Translations under genes and position numbers: made by a program
Shown here: piece after piece, positions 24,650-39,100 of the stretch
Layout of the letters: the number at the start of each line of letters is the position of its first letter
How positions within the stretch are numbered: position 1 is the stretch's first letter
NCBI RefSeq assembly: GCF_006345805.1
Contig: NC_043025.1
Coordinates: forward strand, 12,214,001 to 12,278,000
Direction: 5' to 3'
DNA from: Octopus sinensis
Taxonomy: Eukaryota
DNA length: 64,000 nt
The notes under the pieces: generated by a model
The model's database searches: none
The model's input: only the letters and a program-made list of their open reading frames with translations
Told to the model about the DNA's origin: nothing

Positions 24650-25830
24650 AGATTTCAAATCCATCTGTTACCATCCTGGGCTCTTCATTCATTTTCTTCA
24701 TTTTGCTTGTTTATTCACGAATGAGTCCATTACCTTCATAAGTAGATGGGACAACAGTAACCCTTGCTTTTAGGTTCCCTCTTATTTCATTTTCTTTGTA
24801 TAATTCTGTTGTGTCCTCAGCGTCATGTTCAGGAAATAATCTCCTATATGTTTGTTCAGCATATTTCCTTAAATGCTGTTTCGTTAAAAAATAGAAAAGG
24901 TCCAGAAAACGACTCACCTTTAAATTTCGTGTGGTAAGTAGCTTGCTAACCAACCACATGGTTCTGGGTTCAATCCCACTGCGTGGCATCTTGGGCAAGT
25001 GTCTTCTGCTATAGCCACGGGCCGACCAATGCCTTGTGAGTGGATTTGGTAGACGGAAACTGAAAGAAGCCTGTCGTATATATGTATATATATATATATA
25101 TATATATGTGTTTGTCCCCCTAGCATTGCTTGACAACCGATGCTGGTGTGTTTACGTCCCCGTCACTTATCGGTTCGGCAAAAGAGACCGATAGAATAAG
25201 TACTGGGCTTACAAAGAATAAGTCCCGGGGTCGATTTGCTCGACTAAAGGCGGTGCTCCAGCATGGCCGCAGTCAAATGACTGAAACAAGTAAAAGAGAG
25301 AGTTATGTAAATACCTCAAGAGAGTCAAGGTTTCCACATTTTTTCTCTTATTATTTCTATGCATAAGTCTTTCACGAAGATTTAGAGCCAAAGGGTTGCC
25401 GAAATTATTAAGTTTATTCAATAAAAATTCCATAGAATATTCCTCTTTCACTAAACCCGAATCATCAGCGCAAATAGCCTCCAAAATAATTTCTACTGAA
25501 TGCAGAATTTCATATAGTAAATCGAGAGATTTCCATTCTTCGTCAGCGATGGTCATCTGTGGAAAGTTCTGCTCGTAGAGCATTTGGAATGCAGCTTTTC
25601 AATTCCAAACAATCTCTCAATCATATGGAATTCCCAAATTCCACCGAGTTCTGCCAATCCAGTAGAAGTTTATATTCTCTGTTATCAAAGTTCGCTCGTA
25701 CAAAATCTTGCAAAATTTCATTTTTTGTAGGAGATTTACGGAAAAGTATTGAAATTTTTCTTACCTTATTTAAAACTTTGTTAAATTCAGGTTTTAGCTG
25801 GGGAAAACAAGCATTTTCGTGAGCCAAATC
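24650..25830 (-). pseudogene. hAT-family transposase relic, frameshifted and split by a SINE at 24925-25302
   Basis: KVRKISILFRKSPTKNEILQDFV...KLLLD and EEWKSLDLLYEIL..VEIILEAICADDS fragments typical of hAT catalytic regions. Confidence 0.72.
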
Positions 25831-26450
25831 TGTTTGACAGTTGGCTTATGTCAGCTTCATCATCACTATCGTCTGTTACGGCGATCACTGTCGTCTGTAA
25901 TGGCGGTCACTATCGTCTGTTTTAGCGATCTCTTCACTTTTTTTATCAAAAAATCTGGAACTGGTTATTATTACATATGCTCAACGGGAAAGATCAGCCG
26001 ACTGAAGACTAACAGCATCCCCTTGACTTGCTATGAATAAACTCTGTTACCTGCAAATTCAAAGAGTCAGCCGGGGGTTACCGAAGGAGTTGACAAGGTG
26101 CTGATCTAAGGTTCAAGGGGAAAGAAGCTGAGAATTGATATGTTGCGACATGTTTCAATGAAACAGACAGAACTAAAGCCGACCGACAACAGTTCAATTC
26201 AGTTTCAACGATATTTCTTGAAGAGAAAAAAAAAGGGAGAAATGTTTTTTACGAAAATAAAAAGGATCTTTACTGTTTGATGGACGGAATTTTCTAGTAA
26301 ACTAAAAAATTTGAAACTTCGTATACTGGTAGAATGTGTCAAAAGAAAACATTATTGTAAACAGCAGATCTTTTCACTTTGACCGGCACATTTAAAAAAA
26401 TAATAATTTGTAACTAAACACTTTTAAACTTCGTATACTGGTAGAATGAC

Positions 26451-26837
26451 AGGAGGCGCAATGGCCCAGTGGTTAGGGCAGCAGACTCGCGGTCATAGGA
26501 TCGCGGTTTCGATTTCCAGACCGGGCGTTGTGAGTGTTTATTGAGCGAAAACACCTAAAGCTCCACGAGGCTCCGGCAGGGGATGGTGGTGATCCCTGCT
26601 GTACCCTTTCACCACAACTTTCTCTCACTCTTACTTCCTGTTTCTGTTGTACCTGTATTTCAAAGGGCCGGCCTTGTCACTCTCTGTGTCACGCTGAATA
26701 TCCCCGAGAACTACGTTAAGGGTACACGTGTCTGTGGAGTGCTCAGCCACTTACACGTTAATTTCACGAGCAGGCTGTTCCGTTGATTCGGATCAACCGG
26801 AACCCTCGTCGTCGTAACCGACGGAGTGCTTCCAACA
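26451..26837 (+). mobile_element. Third tRNA-derived SINE with a 12-bp TSD; partial copies at 55885-55997 and 60175-60470
   Basis: A box TGGCCCAGTGG, B box GTTTCGATT(T/C)CC; ACTGGTAGAATG duplicated at 26437-26448 and 26838-26849. Confidence 0.85.
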
Positions 26838-27184
26838 ACTGGTAGAATGTGTTACATAAAACATCTTTTATTGAAAAGATCCGAAACAGCGAGCCTTAAA
26901 ATCGGTTTTGGCAAATCGGTTTCAGTTTTACTGATCGTAATATAAAACCGGTTTCGAGGCCTAATATATATATGTGTGTGCTTGTGTGTATGTATCTGTT
27001 GGCCTTGCCTATAATTGTATTTGTATGTATGTTATATGCACATAAATATACATGCATGCATGTATATGCACAGACATGACAGAATTAAATAGACATCCCA
27101 TAAAACGTTGTTTTATGTGTATTCTAACTTGTAAACGTTTATATTTGTTATTGATATCTTTATGTGACTGTTTAATCATGCCAC

Positions 27185-28370
27185 ATACAAAATAATAATA
27201 ATATAATAATGAGATTATTGTATACAGTGATCAGGTGCACCACAACTTGTCAGAAAGTGCGTATAGAGTATATGCAGTAATGTACAAATGTCTGGAAAGC
27301 GAACAATGCATGAGTCAGATACATGCTTCAGTGTGTGTATGGAGGGGAGAAAATCAGGTGTAGTGTTGGCGAATCTCAGGAAGCATGGAAGTTTTCAAGG
27401 ATGCAGTGCTCCGACAACTAACAACTGATGCCAGCAGTTTGTTCCATGCTTCAGCGTGTGTATGGAGGGGAGAAAATCAGGTGTAGTGTTGGCGAATCTC
27501 CGAAAGCATGGAAGTTTTGAAGGATGCAGTGCTCCGACAACTAACAACTGATGCCAGCAGTTTGTTCCATGCTTCAGCGTGTGTATGGAGGGGAGAAAAT
27601 CAGGTGTAGTGTTGGCGAATCTCAGGAAGCATGGAAGTTTTGAAGGATGCAGTGCTCCGACAACTAACAACTGATGCCAGCAGTTTGTTCCATGCTTCAG
27701 CGTGTGTATGGAGGGGAGAAAATCAGGTGTAGTGTTGGCGAATCTCAGGAAGCATGGAAGTTTTGAAGGATGCAGTGCTCCGACAACTAACAACTGATGC
27801 CAGCAGTTTGTTCCATGCTTCAGCGTGTGTATGGAGGGGAGAAAATCAGGTGTAGTGTTGGCGAATCTCAGGAAGCATGGAAGTTTTGAAGGATGCAGTG
27901 CTCCGACAACTAACAACTGATGCCAGCAGTTTGTTCCATGCTTCAGCGTGTGTATGGAGGGGAGAAAATCAGGTGTAGTGTTGGCGAATCTCCGAAAGCA
28001 TGGAAGTTTTGAAGGATGCAGTACTCCGACAACTAACAACTGATGCCGGCAGTTTGTTCTATGCTTCAGCGTGTGTATGGAGGGGAGAAAATCAGGTGTA
28101 GTGTTGGCGAATCTCAGGAAGCATGGAAGTCTTGAAGGATGCAGTGCTCCGACAACCACCAACTTATGCCGGCAGTTTGTTCCATGCTTCAGCGTGTGTA
28201 TGGAGGGGAGGAGAAGATCAGGTGTAGTGTTGGCGAATCTCAGGAAGCATGGAAGTTATGAAGGATGCAGTGCTCCGACAACTAACAACTGATGCCGGCA
28301 GTTTGTTCCATGCTTCAGCAACTCTCAGCGTGCAAAAATGTTTCCGAAAGTCATGGAAGGCGCTGTGGGC
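27185..28370 (-). mobile_element. CR1 3' end in which the last ~33 codons plus the start of the 3' UTR are amplified as a 123-bp x 8 tandem array
   Basis: Unit reads AEAWNKLPASVVSCRSTASFKTSMLPEIRQHYT* on -; period 27446/27569/27692; (ATT)n tail at ~27190; same family as 61945-62625. Confidence 0.85.
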
Positions 28371-30104
28371 ACTGTCTGAATTTCAAAGAGGCCGTATTGT
28401 GGGTCATTCTGAAGGTGGACATAACCAGCGTAAAATCGCAAAAGCCTTGGGATCCCGTGTTCTACAGTTAATAGAGTGATTGTGCAATTCAGGGTGTCCA
28501 CATCTCCTCACCCAGATCAACCAGGGCCCTCTGACAGGACCCTTCTTTTTGCTAAGAGAAGTGTGGAGGATGATCCTCATTGCAAGGCCCCTGACATAAC
28601 AGCGGAATTTGAACTCAGAACGTAACGGCAGACGAAATACCCATTTTTTTACTACCCACAAGGGGCTAAACATAAAGGGGACAAGCAAGGAAAGACAAAG
28701 GGTTTAAGTCGATTACATCAGCCCCAGTGTGTAACTGGTACTTAATTTATCGACCCCGAAAGGATGAAAGGCAAAGTCGACCTCGGCGGAATTTGAACTC
28801 TGAACGTAACAGCAGACGAAATACCTATTTCTTTACTGCCCACAAGGAGCTAAACATAGAGGGGACAAACAAGTACAGACAAAGGGATTAAGTCGATTAC
28901 ATCGACCCCAGTGCATAACTGGTACTTTATTTATCGACCCCCGAAAGGATGAAAGGCAAAGTCAACCCCGGCGGAAATTGAACTCGGAACGTAGCGGCAG
29001 ACGAAATACCTATTTTTTTTACTACCCACAAGGGGCTAAACACAGAGGGGACAAACAAGGACAGACAAAGGGATTAAGTCGTTTATACCGACCCCAGTGC
29101 GTAACTGGTACTTAATTTATCAACCCCGAAAGGATGAAAGGCAAAGTCGACCTCGGCGGAATTTGAACTCGGAACGTAACGGCGGACGAAATACCTATTT
29201 CTTTACTGCCCACAAGGGGCTAAACACAGAGGGGACAAACAAGGATAAAATATATGAATGAAATGGGCTTCATTTTTCTCACTACAGAAAATTTATTGGC
29301 ATTAATTTTCCATTGCTTTATGAAGAAAGGCTGAAGACGCTCGACCTTTATTCTCTAGAAAAGACGATGCCGTGGTGATCTCATTCTTGCTCACAACATC
29401 ATAAGCAGAAAGTGTAACCTCTCAAAAGAGCTGTTCTTCGCTCCTGCTCCAGAGCGTTGGCTGCGGGGTCATTCCGAAAAGCTCTATCTGCGACGATTTC
29501 ATCTCAATCGAAGGAGAGGGGCTTTCTCCGTCTGGGTTGCGGATCTGTGGGATTAGATGCCGACGACCGCTCGGTTCAAAGTCTCCCTTGACCACAAATG
29601 GCCTGAACTCTTTACATGAACACCACCCTGTACATAACTCCATGTCCCCCTACATGGCCTTGCTTTTTTGCTTTTTGAGCCAAAAAATTAACTAACGAAC
29701 TAACTAACTAAATGCACATTCTTATAACATAATTACGTTTTATCTTGTAGCACTATTTTGACACTCAAGCTTCCTTTGTGTTACATATCTTCCCATTGAC
29801 AACACTATGGCCTAACATGTACATAGGACAGACAAGGAGGTAAAATTTTAATGATAAAAATTTATTGACCAGTTTTGTACAGATTTGCAATTATATTTCT
29901 TGGGACACAAAACTCCCAAGAAGGCAAGTGAAAATCAAAATCAAAATCGTAATCTATCAACATCAATGGAATTTGTAGCTGTGATACCAGTGCCAGCCGA
30001 CTGGCCTCCGTGCCGGTGGAACAGAAAAAGCACCATCCGATCGTGGCCGTTTGCCAGCACTGTCTGGCGCCTGTGCGGGTGGCACATAAAAAGCACCCAC
30101 AAAT

Positions 30105-33100
30105 GGTGCTTTTTATGTGCCACCGGCACGAGGGCCTGTTTGGTGGCACTGGCAACGGCCACACCCAAATGGTGCTTTTTACGTGCCACCGGCACAAGGG
30201 CCAGTTTGGTGGTACTGGCAACGGCCACGCCCAAATGGTGCTTTTTACGTGCCACCGGCAAGAGGGCCAGTTTGGTGGTACTGGCAACGGCCACGCCCAA
30301 ATGGTGCTTTTAACGTGCCACCGGCACAAGAGGGCCAGTTTGGTGGTACTGGCAACGGCCACGCCCAAATGGTGCTTTTTACGTGCCACCGGCAAGAGGG
30401 CCAGTTGGTGGTACTGGCAACACCCACGCCCAAATGGTGCTTTTAACGTGCCACCGGCACAAGGGCCAGTTTGGTGGTACTGGCAACGGCCACGCCCAAA
30501 TGGTGCTTTTAACGTGCCACCGGCACAAGGGCCAGTTTGGTGGTACTGGCAACACCACGCCCAAATGGTGCTTTTAACGTGCCACCGGCAAGAGGGCCAG
30601 TTGGTGGTACTGGCAACGGCCACGCCCAAATGGTGCTTTTAACGTGCCACCGCACAAGGGCCAGTTTGGTGGTACTGGCAACACCCACGCCCAAATGGTG
30701 CTTTTAACGTGCCACCGCAAGAGGGCCAGTTTGGTGGTACTGGCAACACCCACGCCCAAATGGTGCTTTTAACGTGCCACCGGCACAAGGGCCAGTTTGG
30801 TGGTACTGGCAACGGCCACGCCCAAATGGTGCTTTTAACGTGCCACCGGCACAAGGGCCAGTTTGGTGGTACTGGCAACACCCACGCCCAAATGGTGCTT
30901 TTAACGTGCCACCGGCAAGAGGGCCAGTTTGGTGGTACTGGCAACGGCCACGCCCAAATGGTGCTTTTAACGTGCCACCGGCACAAGGGCCAGTTTGGTG
31001 GTACTGGCAACACCCACGCCCAAATGGTGCTTTTAACGTGCCACCGGCAAGAGGGCCAGTTTGGTGGTACTGGCAACGGCCACGCCCAAATGGTGCTTTT
31101 AACGTGCCACCGGCACAAGGGCCAGTTTGGTGGTACTGGCAACAGCCACGCCCAAATGGTGCTTTTAACGTGCCACCGGCAAGAGGGCCAGTTTGGTGGT
31201 ACTGGCAACACCCACGCCCAAATGGTGCTTTTAACGTGCCACCGGCACAAGGGCCAGTTTGGTGGTACTGGCAACGGCCACGCCCAAATGGTGCTTTTAA
31301 CGTGCCACCGGCACAAGGGCCAGTTTGGTGGTACTGGCAACGGCCACGCCCAAATGGTGCTTTTAATGTACCACCGGCACAAGGGCCAGTTTGGTGGTAC
31401 TGGCAACACCCACGCCCAAATGGTGCTTTTAACGTGCCACCGGCACAAGGGCCAGTTTGGTGGTACTGGCAACGGCCACACCCAAATGGTGCTTTTAACG
31501 TGCCACCGGCACAAGGGCCAGTTTGGTGGTACTGGCAACAACACCCACGCCACATGGTGCTTTTTACGTGCCACCCGCACAAGGGCCAGTTTGGTGGTAC
31601 TGGCAACGGCCACCCAAATGGTGCTTTTAACGTGCCACCGGCACAAGGGCAGTTTGGTGGTACTGGCAACACACCCACGCCCAAATGGTGCTTTTAACGT
31701 GCCACCGGCACAAGGGCCAGTTTGGTGGTACTGGCAACGGCCACCGCCCAATGGTGCTTTTAAACGTGCCACCGGCAAGAGGGCCAGTTTGGTGGTACTG
31801 GCAACACCCACGCCCAAATGGTGCTTTTAACGTGCCCCGGCAAGAGTGCCAGTTTTGGTGGTACTGGCAACGGCCACACCCAAATGGTGCTTTTAACGTG
31901 CCACCGGCACAAGGGCCAGTTTGTGGTACTGGCAACGGCCACACCCAAATGGTGCTTTTAACGTGCCACCGGCAAGAGGGCCAGTTTGGTGGTACTGGCA
32001 ACACCCACGCCCAAATGGTGCTTTTAACGTGCCACCTGTGCCAGGGCCAGTTTGGTGGTACTGCAACGGCCACGCCCAAATGGTGCTTTTAACGTGCCAC
32101 CTGCACAAGGGCCAGTTTGGTGGTACTGGCAACACCCCACGCCCAAATGGTGCTTTTAAACGTGCCAACCGGCAAGAGGGCCAGTTTGGTGGTACTGGCA
32201 ACACCCACGCCCAAATGGTGCTTTTAACGTCTGCCACCGGCACAAGGGCCAGTTTGGTGGTACTGGCCACAACGGCCACCCAAATGGTGCTTTTAACGTG
32301 CCACCTGCACAGGGCCAGTTTGGTGGTACTGGCAACACCCACGCCCAATGGTGCTTTAAAATAACGTGCCCCGGCAAGAGGGCCAGTTTGGTGGTACTGG
32401 CAACACCCCACGCCCAAATGGTGCTTTTAACGTGCCACCGGCAAGAGGGCCAGTTTGGTGGTACTGGCAACACCCACGCCCAAATGTGTGCTTTTTTACG
32501 TGCCACCGGCAAGAGGGCCAGTTTGGTGGTACTGGCAACACCCCACGCCCAAATGGTGCTTTTTACGTGCCACCGGCAAGAGGGCCAGTTTGGTGGTGTG
32601 GCAACTGGCAACACCCACGCCCCAACATGGTTGCTTTTTGACGTGCCACGCAAAAGGCTAGGAGGCCATTGGGGGTGGGTGGGCCGTGGTGGACCAACGG
32701 CCACCCCAATGGTGCTTTTTACGTGCCACCTGCACAAGGCCAGTTTGGTGGTACTGGCAACGGCCACACCCAAATGGTGCTTTTAACGTGCCACCTGCAC
32801 AGGGCCAGTTTGGTGTACTGGCACGGCCACACCCAAATGGTGCTTTTAACGTGCCACCTGCACAAGGGGCAGTTTGGTGGTACTGGTCAACGCCACACCC
32901 AACACCCCAATGGGCTTTTAACGTGCCACCGGCACAAGGGCCATTTGGTTGTTCTTACTGGCACGGCCACACCCAAATGGATGTGCTTTTAAATTGCACG
33001 TGCCACCTGCACAGGAGCCAGTTTGGTGGTACTGGCAACGGCCACAACCCAAATGGTGCTTTTAACGTGCCACCGGCAAGAGGCCAGTTTGGTGGTACTG

Positions 33101-36100
33101 GCAACGGCCACGCCCAAATGGTGCTTTTAACGTGCCACCGCGCAAGAGGGCCAGTTTGGTGGTACTGGCAACACCCACGCCCAAATGTGCTTTTTTTACG
33201 TGCCACCACCGCAAGAGGGCCAGTTTGTGGTACTGGCAACACCCACGCCCAAATGGTGCTTTTTACGTGCCACCGGCAAGAGGGCCAGTTTGGTGGTACT
33301 GGCAACGGCCACGCCCAAATGGTGCTTTTAACGTGCCACCTGCACAAGGGCCAGTTTGGTGGTACTGGCAACGGCCACACCCAAATGGTGCTTTTAACGT
33401 GCCACCGGCACAAGGGCCAGTTTGGTGGTACTGGCAACGGCCACGCCCAAATGGTGCTTTTAACGTGCCACCGGCAAGAGGGCCAGTTTGGTGGTACTGG
33501 CAACGGCCACGCCCAAATGGTGCTTTTAACGTGCCACCGGCAAGAGGGCCAGTTTGGTGGTACTGGCAACGGCCACGCCCAAATGGTGCTTTTAACGTGC
33601 CACCTGCACAAGGGCCAGTTTGGTGGTACTGGCAACGGCCACGCCCAAATGGTGCTTTTACGTGCCACCGGCAAGAGGGCCAGTTTGGTGGTACTGGCAA
33701 CACCCACGCCCAAATCGTGCTTTTAACGTGCCACCGGCAAGAGGGCCAGTTTGGTGGTACTGGCAACACCCACGCCCAAATGGTGCTTTTAACGTGCCAC
33801 CGGCAAGAGGGCCAGTTTGGTGGTACTGGCAACGGCCACGCCCAAATGGTGCTTTTAACTGCCACCGGCAAGAGGGCCAGTTGGTGGTACTGGCAACGGC
33901 CACGCCCAAATGGTGCTTTTTACGTGCCACCGGCAAGAGGGCCAGTTTGGTGGTACTGGCAACGGCCACGCCCAAATGGTGCTTTTAACGTGCCACCGGC
34001 ACAAGGGCCAGTTTGGTGGTACTGGCACGGCCACGCCCAAATGGTGCTTTTTACGTGCACCGGCAAGAGGGCCAGTTTGGTGGTACTGGCAACGGCCACG
34101 CCCAAATGGTGCTTTTAACGTGCCACCGGCACAAGGGCCAGTTTGGTGGTACTGGCAACGGCCACGCCCAAATGGTGCTTTTTACGTGCCACCGGCAAGA
34201 GGGCCAGTTTGGTGGTACTGGCAACGGCCACGCCCAAATGGTGCTTTTAACGTGCCACCGGCAAGAGGGCCAGTTTGGTGGTACTGGCAACGGCCACGCC
34301 CAAATGGTGCTTTTAACGTGCCACCGGCACAAGGGCCAGTTTGGTGGTACTGGCAACGGCCACGCCCAAATGGTGCTTTTAACGTGCCACCGGCAAGAGG
34401 GCCAGTTTGGTGGTACTGGCAACACCCACGCCCAAATGGTGCTTTTAACGTGCCACCGGCACAAGGGCCAGTTTGGTGGTACTGGCAACGGCCACACCCA
34501 AATGGTGCTTTTAACGTGCCACCTGCACAAGGGCCAGTTTGGTGGTACTGGCAACACCCACGCCCAAATGGTGCTTTTAACGTGCCACCGGCAAGAGGGC
34601 CAGTTTGGTGGTACTGGCAACACCCACGCCCAAATGGTGCTTTTAACGTGCCACGGCAAGAGGGCCAGTTTGGTGGTACTGGCAACACCCACGCCCAAAT
34701 GGTGCTTTTACGTGTGCCACCGGCAGAGGGCCAGTTTGGTGGTACTGGCAACACCCACGCCCAAATGGTGCTTTTTACGTGCCCCACCGCAAGAGGGCCA
34801 GTTTGGTGGTACTGGCAACACCCACGCCCAAATGGTGCTTTTTACGTGCCACCGGCAAGAGGGCCAGTTTGGTGGTACTGGCAACGGCCACGCCCAAATG
34901 GTGCTTTTTACGTGCCACCTGCACAAGGGCCAGTTTGGTGGTACTGGCAACGGCCACACCCAAATGGTGCTTTTAACGTGCCACCTGCACAAGGGCCAGT
35001 TTGGTGGTACTGGCAACGGCCACACCCAAATGGTGCTTTTAACGTGCCACCTGCACAAGGGCCAGTTTGGTGGTACTGGCAACGGCCACACCCAAATGGT
35101 GCTTTTAACGTGCCACCGGCACAAGGGCCAGTTTGGTGGTACTGGCAACGGCCACACCCAAATGGTGCTTTTAACGTGCCACCTGCACAGGAGCCAGTTT
35201 GGTGGTACTGGCAACGGCCACACCCAAATGGTGCTTTTAACGTGCCACCGGCAAGAGGGCCAGTTTGGTGGTACTGGCAACGGCCACGCCCAAATGGTGC
35301 TTTTAACGTGCCACCGGCAAGAGGGCCAGTTTGGTGGTACTGGCAACACCCACGCCCAAATGGTGCTTTTTACGTGCCACCGGCAAGAGGGCCAGTTTGG
35401 TGGTACTGGCAACACCCACGCCCAAATGGTGCTTTTTACGTGCCACCGGCAAGAGGGCCAGTTGGTGGTACTGGCAACGGCCACGCCCAAATGGTCTTTT
35501 AACGTGCCACCTGCACAAGGGCCAGTTTGGTGGTACTGGCAACGGCCACACCCAAATGGTGCTTTTAACGTGCCACCGGCACAAGGGCCAGTTGGTGGTA
35601 CTGGCAACGGCCACGCCCAAATGGTGCTTTTAACGTGCCACGGCAAGAGGGCCAGTTTGGTGGTACTGGCAACGGCCACGCCCAAATGGTGCTTTTAACG
35701 TGCCACCGGCAAGAGGGCCAGTTTGGTGGTACTGGCAACGGCCACGCCCAAATGGTGCTTTTAACGTGCCACCTGCACAAGGGCCAGTTTGGTGGTACTG
35801 GCAACGGCCACGCCCAAATGGTGCTTTTTACGTGCCACCGGCAAGAGGGCCAGTTTGGTGGTACTCTGGCAACACCCACGCCCAAATCGTGCTTTTAACG
35901 TGCCACCGGCAAGAGGGCCAGTTTGGTGGTACTGGCAACACCCCACGCCCAAATGGTGCTTTTAACGTGCCACCGGCAAGAGGCCAGTTTGTGTGGTACT
36001 GGCAACGGCCACGCCCAAATGGTGCTTTTAACGTGCCACCGGCAAGAGGGCCAGTTTGGTGGTACTGGCAACGGCCACGCCACGCCCAAATGGTGCTTTT

Positions 36101-39100
36101 ACGTGCCACCGGCAAGAGGGCCAGTTTGGTGGTACTGGCAACGGCCACGCCCAAATGGTGCTTTTAACGTGCCACCGGCACAAGGGCCAGTTTGGTGGTA
36201 CTGGCAACGGCCACGCCCAAATGGTGCTTTTTACGTGCCACCGGCAAGAGGGCCAGTTTGGTGGTACTGGCAACGGCCACGCCCAAATGGTGCTTTTAAC
36301 GTGCCACCGGCACAAGGGCCAGTTTGGTGGTACTGGCAACGGCCACGCCCAAATGGTGCTTTTTACGTGCCACCGGCAAGAGGGCCAGTTTGGTGGTACT
36401 GGCAACGGCCACGCCCAAATGGTGCTTTTAACGTGCCACCGGCAAGAGGGCCAGTTTGGTGGTACTGGCAACGGCCACGCCCAAATGGTGCTTTTAACGT
36501 GCCACCGGCACAAGGGCCAGTTTGGTGGTACTGGCAACGGCCACGCCCAAATGGTGCTTTTTACGTGCCACCGGCAAGAGGGCCAGTTTGGTGGTACTGG
36601 CAACGGCCACGCCCAAATGGTGCTTTTAACGTGCCACCGGCACAAGGGCCAGTTTGGTGGTACTGGCAACGGCCACGCCCAAATGGTGCTTTTTACGTGC
36701 CACCGGCAAGAGGGCCAGTTTGGTGGTACTGGCAACACCCACGCCAAATGGTGCTTTTTACGTGCCACCGGCAAGAGGGCCAGTTTGGTGGTACTGGCAA
36801 CACCCACGCCCAAATGGTGCTTTTAACGTGCCACCGGCAAGAGGGCCAGTTTGGTGGTACTGGCAACGGCCACGCCCAAATGGTGCTTTTAACGTGCCAC
36901 CGGCAAGAGGGCCAGTTTGGTGGTACTGGCAACACCCACGCCCAAATGGTGCTTTTAACGTGCCACCGGCAAGAGGGCCAGTTTGGTGGTACTGGCAACA
37001 CCCACGCCCAAATGGTGCTTTTAACGTGCCACCGGCAAGAGGGCCAGTTTGGTGGTACTGGCAACAACCCGCCCAAATGGTGCTTTTAACGTGCCACCGG
37101 CAAGAGGGCCAGTTTGGTGGTACTGGCAACGGCCACGCCCAAATGGTGCTTTTAACGTGCCACCGGCAAGAGGGCGTTTGGTGGTACTGGCAACACCCAC
37201 GCCCAAATGGTGCTTTTAACGTGCCACCGGCACAAGGGCCAGTTTGGTGGTACTGGCAACGGCCACACCCAAATGGTGCTTTTAACGTGCCACCTGCACA
37301 AGGGCCAGTTTGGTGGTACTGGCAACACCCACGCCCAAATGGTGCTTTTAACGTGCCACCGGCAAGAGGGCCAGTTTGGTGGTACTGGCAACACCCACGC
37401 CCAAATGGTGCTTTTAACGTGCCACCGGCAAGAGGGCCAGTTTGGTGGTACTGGCAACACCCACGCCCAAATGGTGCTTTTTACGTGCCACCGGCAAGAG
37501 GGCCAGTTTGGTGGTACTGGCAACACCCACGCCCAAATGGTGCTTTTTACGTGCCACCGGCAAGAGGGCCAGTTTGGTGGTACTGGCAACACCCACGCCC
37601 AAATGGTGCTTTTTACGTGCCACCGGCAAGAGGGCCAGTTTGGTGGTACTGGCAACGGCCACGCCCAAATGGTGCTTTTTACGTGCCACCTGCACAAGGG
37701 CCAGTTTGGTGGTACTGGCAACGGCCACACCCAAATGGTGCTTTTAACGTGCCACCTGCACAAGGGCCAGTTTGGTGGTACTGGCAACGGCCACACCCAA
37801 TGGTGCTTTTAACGTGCCACCTGCACAAGGGCCAGTTTGGTGGTACTGGCAACGGCCACACCCAAATGGTGCTTTTAACGTGCCACCGGCACAAGGGCCA
37901 GTTTGGTGGTACTGGCAACGGCCACACCCAAATGGTGCTTTTAACGTGCCACCTGCACAGGAGCCAGTTTGGTGTACTGGCAACGGCCACACCCAAATGG
38001 TGCTTTTAACGTGCCACCGGCAAGAGGGCCAGTTTGGTGGTACTGGCAACGGCCACGCCCAAATGGTGCTTTTAACGTGCCACCGGCAAGAGGGCCAGTT
38101 TGGTGGTACTGGCAACACCCACGCCCAAATGGTGCTTTTTACGTGCCACCGGCAAGAGGGCCAGTTTGGTGGTACTGGCAACACCCACGCCCAAATGGTG
38201 CTTTTTACGTGCCACCGGCAAGAGGGCCAGTTTGGTGGTACTGGCAACGGCCACGCCCAAATGGTGCTTTTAACGTGCCACCTGCACAAGGGCCAGTTTG
38301 GTGGTACTGGCAACGGCCACACCCAAATGGTGCTTTTAACGTGCCACCGGCACAAGGGCCAGTTTGGTGGTACTGGCAACGGCCACGCCCAAATGGTGCT
38401 TTTAACGTGCCACCGGCAAGAGGGCCAGTTTGGTGGTACTGGCAACGGCCACGCCCAAATGGTGCTTTTAACGTGCCACCGGCAAGAGGGCCAGTTTGGT
38501 GGTACTGGCAACGGCCACGCCCAAATGGTGCTTTTAACGTGCCACCTGCACAAGGGCCAGTTTGGTGGTACTGGCAACGGCCACGCCCAAATGGTGCTTT
38601 TTACGTGCCACCGGCAAGAGGGCCAGTTTGGTGGTACTGGCAACACCCACGCCCAAATCGTGCTTTTAACGTGCCACCGGCAAGAGGGCCAGTTTGGTGG
38701 TACTGGCAACACACCCACGCCCAAATGGTGCTTTTAACGTGCCACCGGCAAGAGGGCCAGTTTGGTGGTACTGGCAACGGCCACGCCCAAATGGTGCTTT
38801 TAACGTGCCACCGGCAAGAGGCCAGTTTGGTGGTACTGGCAACGGCCACGCCCAAATGGTGCTTTTTACGTGCCACCGCAAGAGGGCCAGTTTGGTGGTA
38901 CTGGCAACGGCCACGCCCAAATGGTGCTTTTAACGTGCCACCGGCACAAGGGCCAGTTTGGTGGTACTGGCAACGGCCACGCCAAATGGTGCTTTTTACG
39001 TGCCACCGCAAGAGGGCCAGTTTGGTGGTACTGGCAACGGCCACGCCCAAATGGTGCTTTTAACGTGCCACCGGCACAAGGGCCAGTTTGGTGGTACTGG

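Noticed and set aside
26451-26525. tRNA gene candidates here and at other A/B-box heads
   Set aside because: No complete cloverleaf; each continues into a SINE body, in this case with a TSD.
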